DNA of 64,000 nucleotides from the human T2T-CHM13v2.0 reference genome, Homo sapiens: NCBI RefSeq assembly GCF_009914755.1, contig NC_060925.1. The stretch is one strand, 5' to 3'. The position numbers and the translations under genes were made by a program. The notes beneath the pieces were generated by a model. The model ran no database searches and had not been told where the DNA came from. It saw only the letters and a program-made list of their open reading frames with translations. Each line of letters begins with the position of its first letter. The first letter of the stretch is position 1. Shown here piece after piece: positions 1 through 64,000 of this stretch.

Positions 1-111
1 ACAAACTTAACCAAACTCTTTTTTGATTTTAGAAAAGTCTGCTTTGACTCCATCTCCCTAGTTTCTTCTCTTTCACCAATATTTTTCTCTAAAACCCTTT
101 TAACTTCCTAG

Positions 112-22080
<21,969 letters not shown>

Positions 22081-22446
22081 GTTGGAAGATGCAAAGTTTA
22101 TACCTGATGATCAGGGCAGTAGGCATAATTCAGCAACAAACAATCTTCCTTTGGGAGAAACCTGTTCATTCCAATCTTCTAATTACAGTGGTTCCTATCT
22201 CAGGGATACTGGACTTTCTGATGCAGATGAACAATTAAGGGGAAAAGCTTCCCTTTTCCCTCTGTGGCAGTTACGATTTTGACTTCAGTCCTGAGAAAAA
22301 CTTCAGGTTTTGAAAATCAGATGATGTCTTCTCCTTTTCCAAACACCACACGTTGAAAGCATTTATAAATCCAAGTCTGAAACTCTGCGCTCTAGTACTG
22401 CTGTTAAGATACACAACTTGTTTCTTAGTTCATATAATCTCGGGAT

Positions 22447-22516
22447 ACACACACACACACACACATATATATACACACACATACGTATACACACACATAC
22501 ATATATATAAATATAC
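22447..22516. repeat. Compound (CA)n/(TA)n microsatellite in the OSBPL9 3' UTR
   Basis: Direct reading. Confidence 0.9.
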
Positions 22517-23059
22517 CTGATGCCAGATTTTTTTCATAAATATTCTGCCTACTGTAAATATGGGTTCCTCTGAGTTGTTTTAGAAAATTAGCGCAATGTA
22601 TTAAAATCAAGTGTTAGGAAATTTCATGGTCTTACCTACAATAACTTTTATTTTGGAATTGAACTATTATTAAATTGTATCTAATCCTGGATTACAGTTT
22701 AATTAATTATTCTTAGTGCTTAAGGCTTCATAAAGTAATTTTTCCAACCTTTTTTTTAAAAATGTGCATCTTTTATTATCTTTTATGGTTAAACTTGGAA
22801 GCCAATTATTTGGCAACCTTGAATACAAGAGCTAGCTTTTCAAAGAAAGACACTTGAAATAATGGAGGATCCATTCTTTTCCTCTGTCAGATTGTATGTT
22901 CTGTCTTTAGCCCCTGCCAGGCAATTCCCCAGAATCTTCACTTAACTCATATTGCACATGTAGGGCTGCCTACCAACATTTTATCCAAAAATGTTTTATT
23001 GCCTTAGAGGGTTTGGGAAGAGTGTGTATTTATAGATCCCCACCCCACAGTGAACAAAA

Positions 23060-23150
23060 ATAGATAGATAGATAGAATAAAATGAATGCCACAGCAGCAG
23101 ATGGCTCATTCTGAAGGGAAATACAGAACTATATCTATCTATCTATCTAT
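23060..23150. repeat. Inverted (ATAG)4 / (CTAT)4 tetranucleotide pair
   Basis: 23060-23076 is the exact reverse complement of 23134-23150. Confidence 0.9.
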
Positions 23151-23367
23151 CATCTTTTTTATTTAAAAATACATTAAAAAAACAGGTATTAGTACCTAGC
23201 ATTTAGTTAGTTATTCAATATACTGGTTACGTAAGGCCTTTCAAGAAGTAGATTCTCAGTCTGAGAGGACACAGGCCAGGGCTTCTCAAAGTGCTGCTGC
23301 AGGCTTTCTGGTCTCGCTTGGCCCATTCTGCTAATTTTCCTTTGCCAGCTCCTACAGTAACCCTGGG

Positions 23368-23373
23368 TTTATT
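23368..23373 (-). terminator. Distal AATAAA poly(A) signal candidate for NRDC
   Basis: tttatt on the + strand, about 155 nt past the stop. Confidence 0.55.
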
Positions 23374-23528
23374 AGTCTCAACAAAGGATAAAAAGTAAAT
23401 CAAATGCTATGATGCCAGTGCAAAACTTCAATGGAAGCCCTAAGGCAGTAGTATAACTAACTCCATAAAATACAAACAAACACATTTTAAAATACACATT
23501 GCTTCAGGCCAACGTGACTGCAGTTTAT

Positions 23529-62244
<38,716 letters not shown>

Positions 62245-63094
62245 CTGAACAAAAAACAAAACTGGCATTTCCGTTTTTGTTCACTTTCATCAATCAACAT
62301 CTATTATTTTAATTAAGAAACTTACTAAGTTGGAGATTTAATTCACAATCCTAAGTATATAAAATCTAAATAATCTGCATTTCTATATTTTAAACTAATA
62401 TCTACATGTTACTTTAACTTTTTCATTGTGAAATATATTTAATAACAATCATACAGAAAAGTTAACAAAACATGAACATATAAACTACACCTGAGTGGCC
62501 CACCCAGGTGAAGAAACAGACCATAGTCAACACTCTAGAAGCACCCAGCTCCTACCCTTACCTCAAGAAATATCCTGAATGTATAGCAGTAATTTCTCTC
62601 CTTTTCTTTATAGTTTTATTACCTATATACCTATTTCTAACCCAATGTTTATCAACCCTTTTTATTTCCATTTTCAACCCTTAGGAGCCTTTTCGGAAAT
62701 GTTCTCCTATTCATTCCTTTGTAAAATTGTAATATCACAGATAGTCTATTTATGTAATGTTATGTATATCCATGTTTTTATAGAGTATATAAAGCTTACT
62801 TTTTTAGTTCAATGCAAGTTTACAGATGACTAAAAACGTTTCAGTTAAAAGTTAAATTAGAATTTTAAAGACTTGGTATTTAAGTTAATCTTATAATTTC
62901 ATCTGCTTTTTAAATTAATTTTTAATTATATAAACTGTGATGTATCAAATTACATATACAAATTACCACTTATATAAATACATAATAGCAATGCAATTAA
63001 ATTGTTAAAAATTATTCAAAGATTGGTGTATTGGTGTTTTTCCAGCAAAATAGAATGATTTAAAAAATTAATTTCCTAAAATGTTTAGTAAACT

Positions 63095-63764
<670 letters not shown>

Positions 63765-64000
63765 TGATTCTAGTTATTAGTTGGTAGTTATTTTCCTTCA
63801 GAGCACGAAGTTGAGTAGTCATCTGTAAGTGTAACTCATCTTCCTTTGAAGAAAATTTTCTCTTTATCTGGCAAAAATTTTCCATATTTCTTCTAATGTA
63901 TCCTTTTGGAAGTTATTAGACTTTAACCTCTGATTTGATGTCTTACAACAGGTTCTGAAAATTTTCCAGTGATCAACCCTTCAACTGTTGTCTCTACTTC

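Larger units (their letters stand above)
22081..23510 (+). other. OSBPL9: OSBPL9 3' UTR (3' end uncertain; several candidate poly(A) signals)
   Basis: Follows the stop codon; ATTAAA 22600-22605 and 22669-22674, AATAAA 23076-23081, AATACA 23469-23474 and 23491-23496. Confidence 0.6.

Overview
Human-like (Alu-rich, primate) genomic DNA containing two convergent, tail-to-tail genes. On the + strand are the last 13 coding exons and 3' UTR of OSBPL9 (oxysterol-binding protein-related protein 9; FFAT motif plus ORD domain with EQVSHHPP; stop at 22078-22080). On the - strand are the last 27 coding exons of NRDC (nardilysin, an M16A metallopeptidase; stop at 23529-23531). I joined all 40 exons by hand; splice phases are consistent and give continuous reading frames (1433 nt and 2590 nt). 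Introns are filled with Alu, L1, MaLR-LTR and MER repeats, and most entries in the ORF track are repeat-derived artefacts. I found no evidence of a novel multi-gene system. The best leads are: a 25 x 30-bp indel-free minisatellite in an NRDC intron, open in three frames; NRDC poly(A) signals overlapping the stop codon in a possibly bidirectional 3'-end site; an inverted (GATA)n/(TATC)n hairpin beside poly(A) hexamers between the genes; one GC-AG intron in each gene; a 77-bp dispersed duplication abutting an AluY target site; and a closely spaced inverted Alu pair. Repeat family names and boundaries are by-eye estimates, not RepeatMasker output.
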